DNA of 64,000 nt, from assembly GCA_003427395.1 (NCBI GenBank), contig BFEA01000032.1, forward strand, positions 2,233,931-2,297,930, written 5' to 3'. Positions within the stretch are counted from its first letter, which is position 1. The number at the start of each line of letters is the position of its first letter. The DNA is from Chara braunii (Eukaryota; Plantae; Charophyceae). The notes under the pieces are model-generated. The model saw nothing but the letters and a program-made list of their open reading frames with translations. It did no database searches and had not been told where the DNA came from. Both the position numbers and the translations under genes were made by a program. Shown here in pieces: positions 11,025 through 23,965 of this stretch.

Positions 11025-13378
11025 TGGTTCAAAGTACACTTGCTGGTTCTTCGCAATAGCTGTTCGGTGCTTCGCTTGTGATGGTGGGGCTGTGATAACG
11101 CTTGTGCGTTGAATGTGGGGCGGCCCAGGGTCATGTGGGCGTGCCAGGAAGGCTATGTGGTGACATTGGGGTGTACGCTGGATGATGAGAACTTGCTGAT
11201 GTGGTGTTTAACCCGAGGTGGAACTGAATTTTGCTGTTTGTTGTGCCAAGTAAAAGACCTGTCATCATAAATGCACGTCAGGTTGCTGGTGAGAAGTCTG
11301 TGGTTGGGTGCAGCATTATGAGGTACGTTGCTCTCATCCGTGTCTACCCTCTTCATTGCTTCCTACCATGAGGAAGTGAGTTCTGTCTTGAGAGTCCTCT
11401 CGATGTGAGCTGTCACGAGCGCTCAACCTTGAGAGTCGACATTCTTTCTGGGCAGCAAGCTGGTGGGAGACGGGTGAAGCCTCTGAAAGGCCTTGGATGA
11501 AGCACTCGGGTCACGGTCAACCCGCTGGGACTAGTACACGTTTTTTGCCACAAGTCCTTGGTTCTGCTTGCTGCGCTGATAGAGATCATGCTGGGCATGC
11601 CAGGCCTATAAGAGACGCATACCAGACCGTGTATTAATATTTTGAGCGGATTTGAATTGAATCCTGGCTGTGATCGTAGTCCTGTCTGTGGTGTTAAATA
11701 CTTCCTGAGGACCTTGGGGGCTGTACTTAAACTGCCTCTTGATCAGCCAGATCAATTGGATGTAAGGCTTGTTGCATGCAAGGATAAAGAAAATGCAGGG
11801 CTGGCAGGCTTAGTAAAGGCTTGGGGCACAGGGGTGGGCCGGATTGCACACCTTTAGTCACACTGCTCAACCAGATGCTCAGGACGTAGACATAAGTGCT
11901 ACTCAAGAAGGATATAGGGAGGAGGTTCCGATTCTGGCAAACTGTTCGCCTCTGAATTAATTTTATTAAATTTATTTGCCATCCGGCATGCATTTCCACA
12001 GGTGATTTATTTATGTTTTTGATTATTTAGTTGTTAGGGAGTTGGTTAATAACTAACAGATAGATGCAGATAGAATAGTACATTCCATGCTGCACTGCAT
12101 TCTGTTTCAGAATAGTTTAAAAATAGAAATTGTGTTACCTTTCAGGATCTGACATTGGTTGCTGATAGCCGTGACTGCTTTTTTCCAAAGCTGACCGAAA
12201 TTAGTTGTTTATTATTACTCGTTTGGGTGTTACGCCGAGGTAGGATTCAGTGTGGATTCTAGTTTAGATCACACATCACTGTAGCTCACGTGTGAAGAGG
12301 AAAGCAGTGAGGAAGAACGAGTAGTGGAGGATCTTAGAGTTACTCGCAGAACTGCACTCAGTCGACCGATCTCTTTCCTAGAGTTAGATCAAGGAGAAGA
12401 AAGGAGGCTGCGGAGGGAACCTAGGGAGAGGACGACATTGCAAAGGGCTAGGGAAGCAGCAGCCAACACCGAAAGGGCACTAACAGCAGCACTAGAAGCA
12501 AATGCTAGGGCCAACGCCGAGGCAGCTATGGCTACCGCCTCTACTATGTCACAGGCCTTGTCTCAGGCCTCTTCGTCAGGTGTCAGTCAGGGTGTCTCTC
12601 AAGTTTCCATTAGTCCGTCTGTTCGTTTGGAAGTCCGCCAGCAGCCTCAACTCACGCCAGAAGATAAAGAGATCCTACAAGCGGAGGCTCTTCATGATGA
12701 GTTACAGCAGCAGTTGAAGGAATTAGAAGAGAGAAGACAGAGGGCTAGAATGAGAAAAGCCAGACTAGGAGCTAGGAGGCAGGAGTTAGGAGAGCTAGAG
12801 GCACCAGACGAGTAAACATTGGATCTTGCGGTCAAGTCACTGTGACGCTTATTGGTTTGCGTGGTGAAGCACAGGTAGTGCAGCAGGAGCTGTTGGCCGA
12901 GCTAGTGGCCGACCAGAATCGTATTCTGGCTGCACTGCAGGATCCTCGTCCCATGATGAGACAGCCTCAATACTCTGTAGCTCCCCCTACGGCTGCGGGT
13001 CCCTCAGTGATGCCATCGCCGACAGGGCCCTCTTTTTCCCTTATCTTTGGTATGCCTCTCTCAAGTGGTGTAGCAGCAGGTAGTGGTCAGGTCCTTGGGA
13101 CTTCTCCCCTTCCATCAATGATGGTTGCCGCTACAGTTCAGCGGTTAGGACAGCCTCAGGTTAGCGTGCCGCTATCTGTTCCATTGGTTATGCAGCCACT
13201 GCAGCAGACACCTGGGGCAATCCAACCCATGCAGTGGATGCCCAAGATCCCCTTGCTGAGTCCTAAACCCTTCCATGGTGACAAGGACCTGGACACTTGG
13301 GTGAGGACTATGCCTACTTATGCCTCTTATGTGAGGCACAAGCTCACAAGGCCAGAGCAGGAAGTTATAGTTGTGGCA

Positions 13379-14274
13379 TCCCTACAATTACAAAAGTCGC
13401 TAATGTGAGAACTTGGGCATCGGGGCCGTCTGCGGACCTGCCGGCCCGATGGCCCTGATCGCCTCACGATCTTAAGATTTTAAGATCACACAACGATCCA
13501 GGCCGTTCGTCGTCCTACCGGCCTGATGGCCCGGATTGCCCTACGATCTTGGAACTTCAAGATCGCGGGGCAATCGGGGCTGTCGGGCCGATAGGACTGC
13601 GGACCGCCTGGATCGCCGCGCAATGTTTGGACCACCGGTAGGGCCCTTTGTTTTTCTTTTGTAGAGGGCGTTGGCGTTTCTGGCCGTTGCAGGGTGGCGG
13701 TTTCCCTTGACTGAAATCCAACGTGCCCTCCCGCCTGCCCACCCTGATTTTGCCACCGGCTCCCACCTTCTGCCTCCGCCCACCTCCCTTCCGCCTCCAG
13801 CCATCTCCCCTCCGCCACCTCCCACCGTCTCGCCTAGGCCTCCGCCCACCGTCTCCTCTCCACCTCCACCCACCTCTTCTCTGCCCAGCGCCCACCTTGC
13901 CTCCTCCGCCCATGTCCCCTCCGCCTCCTCCCGCCATCTCCTCGCCGCCTTCACCCACCTCTCCTTCACCATCAGCCACCATCTCCTCCCTGCCTCCACC
14001 CACCTCTTCTTCGCTTGGGGGCCACCTCGCCGTTACCTTCGCTCGCCGGTCCCCTCCCCTTCGCCTCTCCCCACCCCTTGGCATTCCTTTGCCACTTCTC
14101 CCTCTGCATTCCCCCGCCAGTTCTCCTCACCTCCGCTCCTGCGTCCACCTACGCTCACCTCCGCCCACCTCTGCGCACCTCACCTCCACCTCTGGCCACC
14201 TCACCTCCACCTCCACTCACCTTTGCCCTCGCCTACGGCTTGCCCACCGTAACTCTCTCTCTCTCTCTCTGGCC

Positions 14275-14334
<60 letters not shown>

Positions 14335-14976
14335 GCTTGGTACGTCGCTCTTGGTACTTAGTGCCCTAGGGCTTGCCTACTCGACCTATGCGCCCAAGGG
14401 ACCTACTGACTTGCCTATGCCCACCTAGGTGACCTACCTACAGCCTACGCGATCCATGCGACCTGCCAACGGCCTGCCTACCGTAATGCTCTCTCCCTTT
14501 ATTTCTCTCAGTGCTTGTACTTCATTCTTGGTACTTCGTGATTGGACGTGTTTGGTTTGTGCATCGGTGCCACTTTCGTGCTACTTGGTGCTACTGGTGC
14601 ATTCGTGCTACTTTGTGCTACTCCGTGCTTGGTTCGTGCTCGGTTTGATTTCGGTGCTACGTGCTTCGTGCTACTCTGTGCTTGGTTCATGCTTGGTTTG
14701 ATTTCGGTGCTACGTGCATCGGCAATTGGTTTGTGGGATCGGTGCTTCGTGCTAATTGCAACGACGCTACGTGCATCGTGGAATCGGTGCTTGGTTCAGG
14801 CTGGGATAGTCGAGCATTCTTTTATGGAGTTGTGTGAAGCAAACATGATGCCACACACACACACACAGATGCATCTTGGGCACTCTGTCGGGGGCTTCAA
14901 CCTCCAATGAAACACTCTGGACAGTCTTGCTTCCTTTTTGGCGTGCGCAAAGGCACGCAAGAGAGAGAGAGAGAGG

Positions 14977-15022
<46 letters not shown>

Positions 15023-16777
15023 ACGAACATGTCTCAGCCATATGGCTGGATCATTCATCCGTTTTCATTATTTTCGTGTTTTTTTTTTTGGTGTGTGTNN
15101 NNNNNNNNNNNNNNNNNNNNNNNNNNNNNNNNNNNNNNNNNNNNNNNNNNNNNNNNNNNNNNNNNNNNNNNNNNNNNNNNNNNNNNNNNNNNNNNNNNNN
15201 NNNNNNNNNNNNNNNNNNNNNNNNNATCGGGAAAATGAGTAGAGGCAGGGGAACATCGGGAAGGAGTGGAGAGGGAAACAAGCGGCCATAATGGCGGGAC
15301 ATGTTGATGGGATTGGGTTCTTGATGACCAGGGCGGAAAAGGTCCCAGGATCCAATGGCAGGGAGAGGAGGAGGTGGGGGAGTAAGGAAGATGGATGTGG
15401 CAGTCGTTGGGGATTTAAGATCGGGGCGACGCAGAACGAGTGCAGCCATTGCGGGGAGACGGGATCAGGTGAAAGGAGGACGGGTGCCACATTTGAGGNA
15501 AGGGAGTGGGTAAAGAGACGCAAGCTGCGGCCCGTGGGGAGGGTTAGGGGGACTTGGGGGAAGGGGGGGTAAAGGGCATGGTACGTGGTGCAGCCAGGTG
15601 GCTCGATCATCTTTTTGGTTGTCTTTTTTTTTCATTTTTTGGCTCGATCGTCTTTTTTGTATTTTGTTGTTTTTTCTTTTTTTGTGTGTGAGAGAGAGGA
15701 CTCCTGGGGTCTAGTCCCACCTACAGCGTTGAGTTTTCTCAACGCTGCGCTTTCTATCACGTGTGGTATGGTGGGATGGAGCTCTGCCGTTGATGTATTG
15801 CGAATCTAACGGTACCAAAATACAGGAGAATAACCTACTAGATTTAGTCATTTTGTAGAATTTTTCTTTGACGTGAAATCCGTTTTGTAGTATGCGTTGG
15901 CCCTTTTGGTTTGGGCGGGAAGCCATTTTCCGTTGAGAAAACTACCCTGCCGAGGGTAGGGTACATTTCTCAACGGCAGTGCCTTTCCTTTTTTTTGTTT
16001 TTTAAGACCTCATTGCATCCTGAAACGGAGTAACTCTGACAGCTGTGTTTGGCTGTCTGGCATCAAACTCGTTTCCTTCTTTGGGCCATGAATGCATTTG
16101 GCCATCCACGTTGTCCCTGTCCATTGTACAAATGGTGACCTCCTGTCCCCTCACCACGGGGAGTATCCCTTTTTCACGCAGACTTTCTGGCCATGTTTCA
16201 TTTCTCCGAGTTACGTTATAAAAATTAAGGAAAAAAGCTGTTTCTAGCGTTTTTTTCAGTTTTTTAATTTCTTGTTTTGAATTTATTAATGTCGAAATGG
16301 CGTCACACCGTTGAGTTTTCTAAACTCAACAACGTTAGGTGGGACCAGACCCCTGGGAGGGGGAAGGGGAGAGGGTTACGAGTAGGGAAAATGAAGATGA
16401 GTTTTTTTTTGTTTCTTTTTTCTTTTGTTCGTGTATGGCTCGATCGTCTTTTTCGTCTTTTTTTTGTTTTTCTTTTTTTGTGTTTGCGAGGGGAAAGGTG
16501 AGAGGGTGAGGAGGGAAAAGGGTCATGGGTTTTCTTTTTTTTTCGTTTCGCTTTTGGTGTGTGTGGCTCGATCGTATTTTTTGTTCATTTTTTTCTCTGT
16601 TTTTGTGTGTGAGAGAGAGGGGGGTGGGGAGAGGGAAAGCCAGAGGGTTAGGAGGAAAGCGAGGGGGGAAGGGGGGAGTATAAGAGAGCGAGAGAGAGAG
16701 AGAGAGAGAGAGAGAAGGGGGAAGGGGGTAGTATTAGAGGAAGGTCGAGGTGGTGGGGGGTTATTGTGCCCCGTGGG

Positions 16778-16826
<49 letters not shown>

Positions 16827-16962
16827 CGACTTTGTGCCCATGATATATCAGTCGTGCGTTGATTGAAGTGCGAGCGTGTCGAGTGTATGGAAAGGGGGCA
16901 GGTGTACAGAAGGCTCCATGTAAGGGTTGTTGGGTAGGTAGGAGTGTGATCTGTTTGTGTGT

Positions 16963-17014
<52 letters not shown>

Positions 17015-17209
17015 NNNNNNNNNNNNNNNNNNNNNNNNNNNNNNNNNNNNNNNNNNNNNNNNGAGAGAGAGAGAGAGGGCAGAGGGAAGGGAGAGAGAGA
17101 TAGGCTCCAAAAAGATCATCAGCCGTGCGTGCATCGGCGAGAGAGAGAGAGAGAGAGAGACAGAGAGAGAGAGATTGCATTGCGAACGAAACCATAACGG
17201 GTCATCTAG
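13379..17209 (+). mobile_element. Non-autonomous Helitron-like insertion
   Basis: Sits between A and T of gag (GCA^TCC), begins TC and ends acgggtcatCTAG, no TSD required; removal restores the gag frame. Canonical 3' hairpin is not clean; contains N gaps. Confidence 0.65.
15707..16352. mobile_element. PIF/Harbinger-like MITE nested in the Helitron-like insert
   Basis: TIR gggtctagtcccaccta..cgttgagttt / aaactcaac..taggtgggaccagaccc; 3-bp TSD CTG (15704-06, 16353-55). Confidence 0.75.
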
Positions 17210-18240
17210 TCCTTTCTGGAAGGCTCTGCAGCACGATGGTTAAATGGTGTAGTGCAGCAACAGGGCTATGGTCTTAACTTCGATGCTTGGGCCCCGGCCC
17301 TGACATTGGAAGACTTTGTACAGACTGTACAATAGGTGGCATGACCCCAGGGGGCTCATAAGGCCATTGACTGATTAGCGAGAGTCGGTTCAAAACGATA
17401 CTGGACAGTTTGTGAGGTCACAAGCGCTGTAGAACGTCTGATCGTGGTACCTGGCGTGCGTTATGACTCGTAGGTACTCACAACTTATTTAAGATGTCTG
17501 CCCACAAACGTCAAGAACAAGTTGGTGGACAAGGCCACCATCGATGTTCATCATTTTGCTACTTTCAGCAAGAAGGCCTTAGATATAGAGGCCAAACTTG
17601 GAACCGCACAACAGGGTCCGATGGATGATAGGAAGAAGAAGCTTGCCTAGGATTGGAGGAAGAAGGGCAATCTTATGTTCGTCGATCACGATGGTCAGGC
17701 AATTGAGATTGATGACTTCCTTGACTATGGGGAAGACACGAAGCAAGATGGGGCGAGTGAACTTTGGACGGGGGAGTCGTGGAACCTATCAAGGAAAAGG
17801 GTAAGGGGACGGGGAAACAGAAGGTAGGCTGATCTAAGGGTCAAGTACTAAGGGACACCAGTTTGGTTGCGACTTGTTTTAGACTACGAGGAGTGGAGAC
17901 CGAGTTGCTAGGGGCACGTGTCTTAACTGTGGTAACTTTAGCCACATAGGTAGAACCTGCCGAAGCGAAAAGGTTACGGCAAAGGTAGCCTCTCCTACGG
18001 TAGTGGGCGTCTTTTCGAACTTTGGTGGTGCTTCCGCGAGCACTTCCCATGGAAACACCTCGGGCCAGTAGGAGTCTTAGCTGCTCTTACTCGCGCTGAA
18101 GTGGTAATGTTGTATTCCCCACTTCAGGCGTTGGCCAAGGCTATTGACCCACTAGTCGCCCTTTAGAGATGTGTCACAGTCCTTAGAAGGAAGAGTTAGA
18201 AGCTGAGTGGTCAGGGAAGGACCCTAGAGACTCTTGGGCG

Positions 18241-21200
18241 ATGATTAGTAGAGGTCCTAAAGGTGAACATTTTGTAGTAGAGGGTGATGTAGGTGGCTGC
18301 AAAGTGGGCGCATTTGCAGACATAGTATTTACAAAAAATTTCATCAACCGTGCTTGTGTGGATAGGTTGCGCTTAGGGGACCAAGTGCTGCGGCTGAGCG
18401 GATTTGTAGCATCCACGTTAGCCAACAAGCATAGGATGGTTGTCTCAGACTATGTCAAAGATGTAGTCTGCACCTCCTATGGAGGAGGGGAATTAAGACA
18501 CAAGGTCTCGTTCCTTGTGAGGGACGAGCTGCCATTTGACTTGCTGCTAGGTATGTAATACCTCAAGGTCGCAAAGCCACAATTCGATTGGGATGGGAAG
18601 GTGATGATCCACAAGCGGCCAAATGGAAGGACCATTAGACCACAGAAGTATAAAGCTAGCAGGCTTGTGGAGAACTATGGCTGCATGTGTGCTGCATCTT
18701 TCTATAACTACTGTTAAGCAAAACCGCGAGGAGGGCATGTATCTAGTCTTTGTCTTTGAGAAGGGGGAGGTCGTAAAAACACTCTCAGCGATAGTAGTCG
18801 TTGTGAGTTATCCAGACCTGTTTGAAGAGCCTAGGGGTGTGGTAGAAGGCGAGGTGGTCCATGCAATAGAAATCGTCCCCGGTAGTCAAGTATCTGGAGA
18901 ACGGATCTATAGGATCTCCTGTATAGTTGGATGAGCTCCGCCGCCAGCTCAAGGAACTCACAAAGAAGGGCTGGATTCAGCCAAGTACGTCCCCCTATGG
19001 AGCACCAGTTCTCTTTGTCCCTAAGAAAGGGGGGACCTTGAGGATCTGCATTGATTATAAAGGCCTCAATGCCATCACAGTTAAGAACGCAGAGCCTCTA
19101 CCTCGCATCAAGACCTTTTGGATAGAGTGCAGGGATGCCGGTACTTCACAAAGATAGATTTGAAGTCCGGATACCATCAGATTGCAATTAGGCCTTTGGT
19201 CTATCCAATGCTTCTGGTACATTTCAGCATGCAATGAATGGGATTTTTCATGACTACTTGGATAAGTTTATTGTCGTGTACCTCGACAATATCCTCATCT
19301 TTAGTAGGATTGTAGAGGAGCACGCTGAGCACTTGAAAGTAGTGCTAGGTTTCCTAAGACCGCACTAGTATAAGATCAACTGGGAGAATTTGGTCGCACC
19401 AAGATCTTATGTATGGGTCATTTGATTTCCGCGGACGGCTTGAGGGCAGATGATGCCAAAGTGGCCAGCATTCGTGACTGACCCTCAAACTGTTATTGAG
19501 GTCCGGTCGTTTCGGGGGATGACGGGCTATTATCGTTCGTATGTAAACAATTATAGCACTATAGCTTCCCCATTAACAGACCTAACCTTCCTTGACACCC
19601 CTTGGGAGTGGACCGAAGAGTGGAGGCAGCCTTCAAGAGATTGAAGTATGCCCTGACACACCATGAAGTCCTGAAACTTCCGGATCCTGAAAAACCCTTT
19701 GTTGTGACCATTGACGCCAGCCAATATGGCATAGGCGCGGTCCTTGCGCAAAAGGAGGGGAAAAAGTTGAGGCCAATCGAGTACATGAAAAGTCCTTTGT
19801 TGTGACCATTGACGCCAGGTCGTTTTGGGGGATGACGGGCTATTATCGTTCATATGTAAACAATTATAGCACTATAGCTTCCCCATTAACAGACCTAACC
19901 TTCCTTGACACCCCTTGTGAGTGGACCGAAGAGTGGAGACAGCCTTCAAGAGATTGAAGTATGCCCTGACACACCATGAAGTCCTCAAAATTCCGGATCC
20001 TGAAAAACCCTTTGTTGTGACCATTGAGGCCAGCCAATATGGCATAGGCGTGGTCCTTGCGCAAAAGGAGGGGAAAAAGTTGAGGCCAATCGAGTACATG
20101 AAAAGTCCTTTGTTGTGACCATTGACGCCAGCCAATATGGCATAGGTGCGGTCCTTGCGCCAAAAGGAGGGGAAAAAGTTGAGGCCAATTGAGTACACGA
20201 GAAAAAAGATGCCATCTCGAAAATTGGCCAAGTCCACGTACGAGCGAGAGCTCTATGCCCTCTATAGAGCGCTGGTCCATTGGAGGCACTACCTCCTAGG
20301 CAGATTCTTCTATGTAAGATCTGACCATGAGACGCTGCGCTGGATCAAGATAGAGCCTGCACTCTCTGATGCCTTGAAGAGGTGGGTTGATGTCATAGAC
20401 ATGTAGGACTTCAAGCGTGACCCTCTAAAGGGAGAGTACAACGAAGTGGATGACACATTATCGCGAAGGGCAGACTATCTGGGCGTGGAATATCTGACGA
20501 TGTAACTCGATCCCTGGTGGAAGCCTATCGAGAGGGCGAAGTTTTGTCTGAGATCATTCACAAACTGGAAGCTAAAGATAAAGCTACTTCTGACCAGTTT
20601 GTGCTGCTTGATGGCTTGCTGTTCGTTGAGAAGGCTGGGAATAAAAGACTGCGCGCACCAGATAGGGAGTCTTTTCGCAGTTAATTTTTCGGAGAGTGTC
20701 ATGACACAGCGGGTCATTTTGGGTATAAAAAGTCCTCAGCTAACTTGGTACAAAGATTTTGGTGGCCCACTATCTTGCAAGACGCAAAGAATTGTGTTGA
20801 GACTTGCCAGGTTTTTCAGAGGGACAAGCCTAGGACTCAGGCTCCGCTTGGGCTCATCAAGCCCTTGCCTATCCCTGACGGTCCCGGTCAAAGTGTGTCC
20901 ATGGGTTTCATGGATACCCTTGTGACCAGCAAAAGCGGTGGACCAATTTACCAAGTTTGCTAGACTGATGGCCATGCCAGAAACAGCAAAGACTGACTAT
21001 GTCATCAAGCTGTTTATGGATAACTGGGTACCGCTTGGGACGGATTTACCAAGTTTGCTAGACCAATTTACCAAGTTAAGTCCATCGTTAGTGATAGGGA
21101 AGTCCGCTTTACCAGCGAACTGCGGCAGAGTACTTCCCAACAGATGGGCACCCAACTGCAGATGACATCAGCGAATCACCCTGAGTCAAACTGGCAAGCC

Positions 21201-22043
21201 GAACCGATGAACCGAGCAGTACAGCATTTACTACGGCATTATATCAAACCTAGTCAAAATGATTTATATCAAACCTAGTCAAAATGATTGGAATGAGAGG
21301 CTGGCTCTTGTTGCCGGTCTCTATAACAATGCTGTCCATGGTACTACCGGACTAAACCCCAATCAACTGCACCTTGGTTGGAAACCCAGATCTGCTCTGG
21401 ATTTTCTACTGCCTGAGAATCAGTCGACAGCAACACCAGGGATTATAGAATTTGCAATTAAATATGAACAGCGCTTCAGCAGGCCGTTGAGCATATTAGG
21501 AAGTCTCAGGATGCTATGATTGCATCTGAGAACAAACACAGCCGGTCTTCTACATTACAGGTAGGTGACAGGGTTTGGGTCAAGTCATCTGAACTCGGTC
21601 AGGAGTCGGCAAATTCACGAAAATTAATGCCTCAGTATTGTGGTCCATGGGAGGTGGTAGATATAGTTGGGGATCAGATGGATGGACCGTCCTATGTGAT
21701 TCGCATCCCTGCTCACTTACGTACACACCCAGTCTTCCACACGTCAGAGCTTGTACCTTTTGCTGAAACAACACAGTTCCCTTCCAGGCGATCTATGCTG
21801 CCCCTAACCATGGACCGAGAAGTCGACATTGACAACATTGTGGAGCGCAGAATAATGCCAGTGCTGAAACCTCCAGGTAGAGGACTACCCCCAAAGCCTC
21901 GGATGCAGTACCGGGTGCGATTCAGACACCATACGGATCCAAGTGAAGATTGGTGGTTTACCAGAGAGGAACGACAGCAAACAGCTCCCCAAGTGATTGC
22001 AGGATATGAAAGAAGACTAAAGGGGAAAATGCCTGCAAATTAA
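18241..22043 (+). pseudogene. pol: Gypsy pol: protease, RT, RNase H, integrase, chromodomain
   Basis: [29 protein letters not shown] and VYLDNILI; RH IDASQYGIGAVL..ERELYAL; INT CETCQ..PLPIP; GPW motif; QYRVRF..EDWW chromodomain-like C-terminus. Confidence 0.93.
19505..20200 (+). repeat. Nested tandem duplications in RT-RH (313-bp and ~100-bp units)
   Basis: ggtcgttt.ggggatgacggg at 19505 and 19818; cctttgttgtgaccattga occurs four times. Confidence 0.9.
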
Positions 22044-22065
22044 ATGATTTCTCATTGGACTATCG

Positions 22066-22080
22066 AAATAAAGGAGGGAA
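22066..22080 (+). promoter_or_regulatory. Polypurine tract
   Basis: aaataaaggagggaa immediately before the 3' LTR. Confidence 0.8.
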
Positions 22081-22601
22081 TGCGAGGATTCGGCTCCTCG
22101 GCAGGCCTAAGGGGCCCATTTTGCATGTGTGCCTGCCCTAAGTGAAGGCGGGACTGATAAAATTACGAGAGGCCCATTGTTGTCTATTTTGCATTTTCAG
22201 CAGTATGCACGGCAGGCAATTGGGAGGCGAAACCAAACGGGCCCCAGGGCAGCAGCAGCAGAGGCCCAGCTACGCACGGCCTACCGGAAGCTTCTGGGCA
22301 CAGGCCCAGCCCAGCCAGGCAGCACACCAGGCCAGACACTTTCCATATAGGAAAGTGCCCGCTGCCTCGCTGCCTAGCCAGGCATTCGGGCGCTTGCCGT
22401 TTGTGTGGCTGCCTGCTTGAGCCTGCGCTCGTGTGCTGTAGGTCGCGCTAGGCAAGGTGTTCGTGCATGTGTGGTCATGCGAGTAGGGCGCTGCTGAGGG
22501 CAGCACCATAGCTCAGCTTCCATTGGTGGCAGAGCTTGGGTATACAGCAAGGTGTAGTGGTGGTCTTCATGTACGAGGAAGGAGACGTGAGTGAGAGACA
22601 A

Positions 22602-22667
<66 letters not shown>

Positions 22668-23010
22668 GTGAGGACACATACCTGGTCTTGGCGATAGTCT
22701 GCATGGGTCGACATCTTCATGTACTCCGGTTCTGCTGCTGATGCCAACAAGTGGATTGTCAATTTGTAGGTTGGAAGTAGCTGTGTGATAGTTGTCTGGG
22801 CGCTGAGCGCCAAGTAGGGGAAGGACTCTGGACACTTACGTTGGTGATGGCGAGAGTATGCGCTCATTGACACTTGGATTCAGTGTTCTGGTTCTCCATT
22901 GGTGTAATATCTGTGCATTTCTGCTTTCTGGACAGTGTGGGACTTCCTGGCTTTCAATGTGATTTTGCAATCTGAAATCTTCTATCTCCCTATCGCTCAT
23001 TTTCGTTGGA
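22081..23010 (+). repeat. 3' LTR
   Basis: Homologous to 10131-11009, with an expanded (GA)n tract; terminal CA mutated to GA. Confidence 0.92.
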
Positions 23011-23820
23011 TAAGGATTTCATGAAGTAGTGATCTTGAGGGTTGACAGGTATCGTCAAGAATGGATGCGCGACTTTTGTCAGTATTGAACTGGACTTTTT
23101 GTTTTTTTAGAAAAGGAAAACAGAGTCAAATCTAAGGCTACCATCCCACCGAATTAGGCATGCCCAGGCGGGCGGACAGGGTGTTGAAGCTGCATGGGAA
23201 ACCGGGCATGTAGAAAAAGATGCGAGGATCCAAAGAAAACTGGAATTTTTTGGCATTTGGTTGGGACTGTGCTTGGGGTGAGCAGTTAGAATCTGGACTC
23301 ATCTTCCCTTTCGGCGATGGGTTGCAGATTCTTGTCTTCCCTTTCGGCGATGGATTGCCCAATGGGGGGTGGGTGGCATAAAGTTGCTCGAACAAGTATT
23401 AAAGAGGTTCAAAGGTTTCCATCTCAACTCTAGTTTTCTTTTTTATTTTTGTCTCGAAATGAAAACGGAATTATAGAGTGAACCGGAGCCCAAAGTTGTT
23501 TGCAATCCAATTGTGCAGAACATTATTGTTCTGTTACTTCAGTATTATTTTAATTTTAATTTTTTTGTGCCGGGACCCTGCCTGGAACCTCCTCCTCCCC
23601 CCTCTGACCTAGACGGAGGGATGCGTCGAGTTGTATTATGTTCTATACTTGCCAGCGGAACGAATACGGAATGACGCTCCCAGAATGGACAAGGAGCCAG
23701 GACCGTAAGGACTTGTTCACTCACAAGAAGGAAAGAAAAAAAATAGAAAAAGAATATGGCTCTTTTGGGGTGGCTCGTGGAAACTTTCTAATCGTTTGAT
23801 CGGATGTCTGTGAATGCCAG

Positions 23821-23965
23821 GATGAACCGTTCATGGTGGTACCATAAAGAACTTCAGATGTGGATGACGCGTGTTGCGAACACGGATCCGCTGGAGAAGA
23901 CGAGTACCTATGAGCGTGGGTCGTACATTTTCTTTGACCCATCTGTCTGGGGAACAGTGCAAAAG
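23821..23965 (+). CDS. NOT2: NOT2 exon (MNRSWWYHKELQMW...YERGSYIFFDPSVWGTVQK)
   Basis: ccAG acceptor and AAG|GTAATT donor; CT+G gives Leu and keeps frame; canonical R.W.YHK and ERGSY..FDP motifs. Confidence 0.93.

Larger units (their letters stand above)
12324..17990 (+). pseudogene. gag: Gypsy gag, split by insertion 13379-17209
   Basis: ..PKPFHGDKDLDTWV..EVIVVA rejoins SFLEGSAARWLNG at 17210; zinc knuckle CLNCGNFSHIGRTC at ~17919-17960. Confidence 0.85.
10131..23010 (+). mobile_element. Full-length degenerate Ty3/Gypsy LTR retrotransposon (chromovirus-like) in NOT2 intron
   Basis: Paired LTRs, PBS, PPT and 4-bp TSD TAAG (10127-30 / 23011-14); domain order gag-PR-RT-RH-INT-chromodomain; many stops and frameshifts. 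Confidence 0.95.

Noticed and set aside
13486-14428. Extensin-like Pro-rich ORFs suggesting a captured gene
   Set aside because: C-rich low complexity that is open in nearly all frames; no supportable homology.
16781-16826. Long poly-G run as a G-quadruplex element
   Set aside because: Homopolymer length is unreliable in a gapped short-read region.
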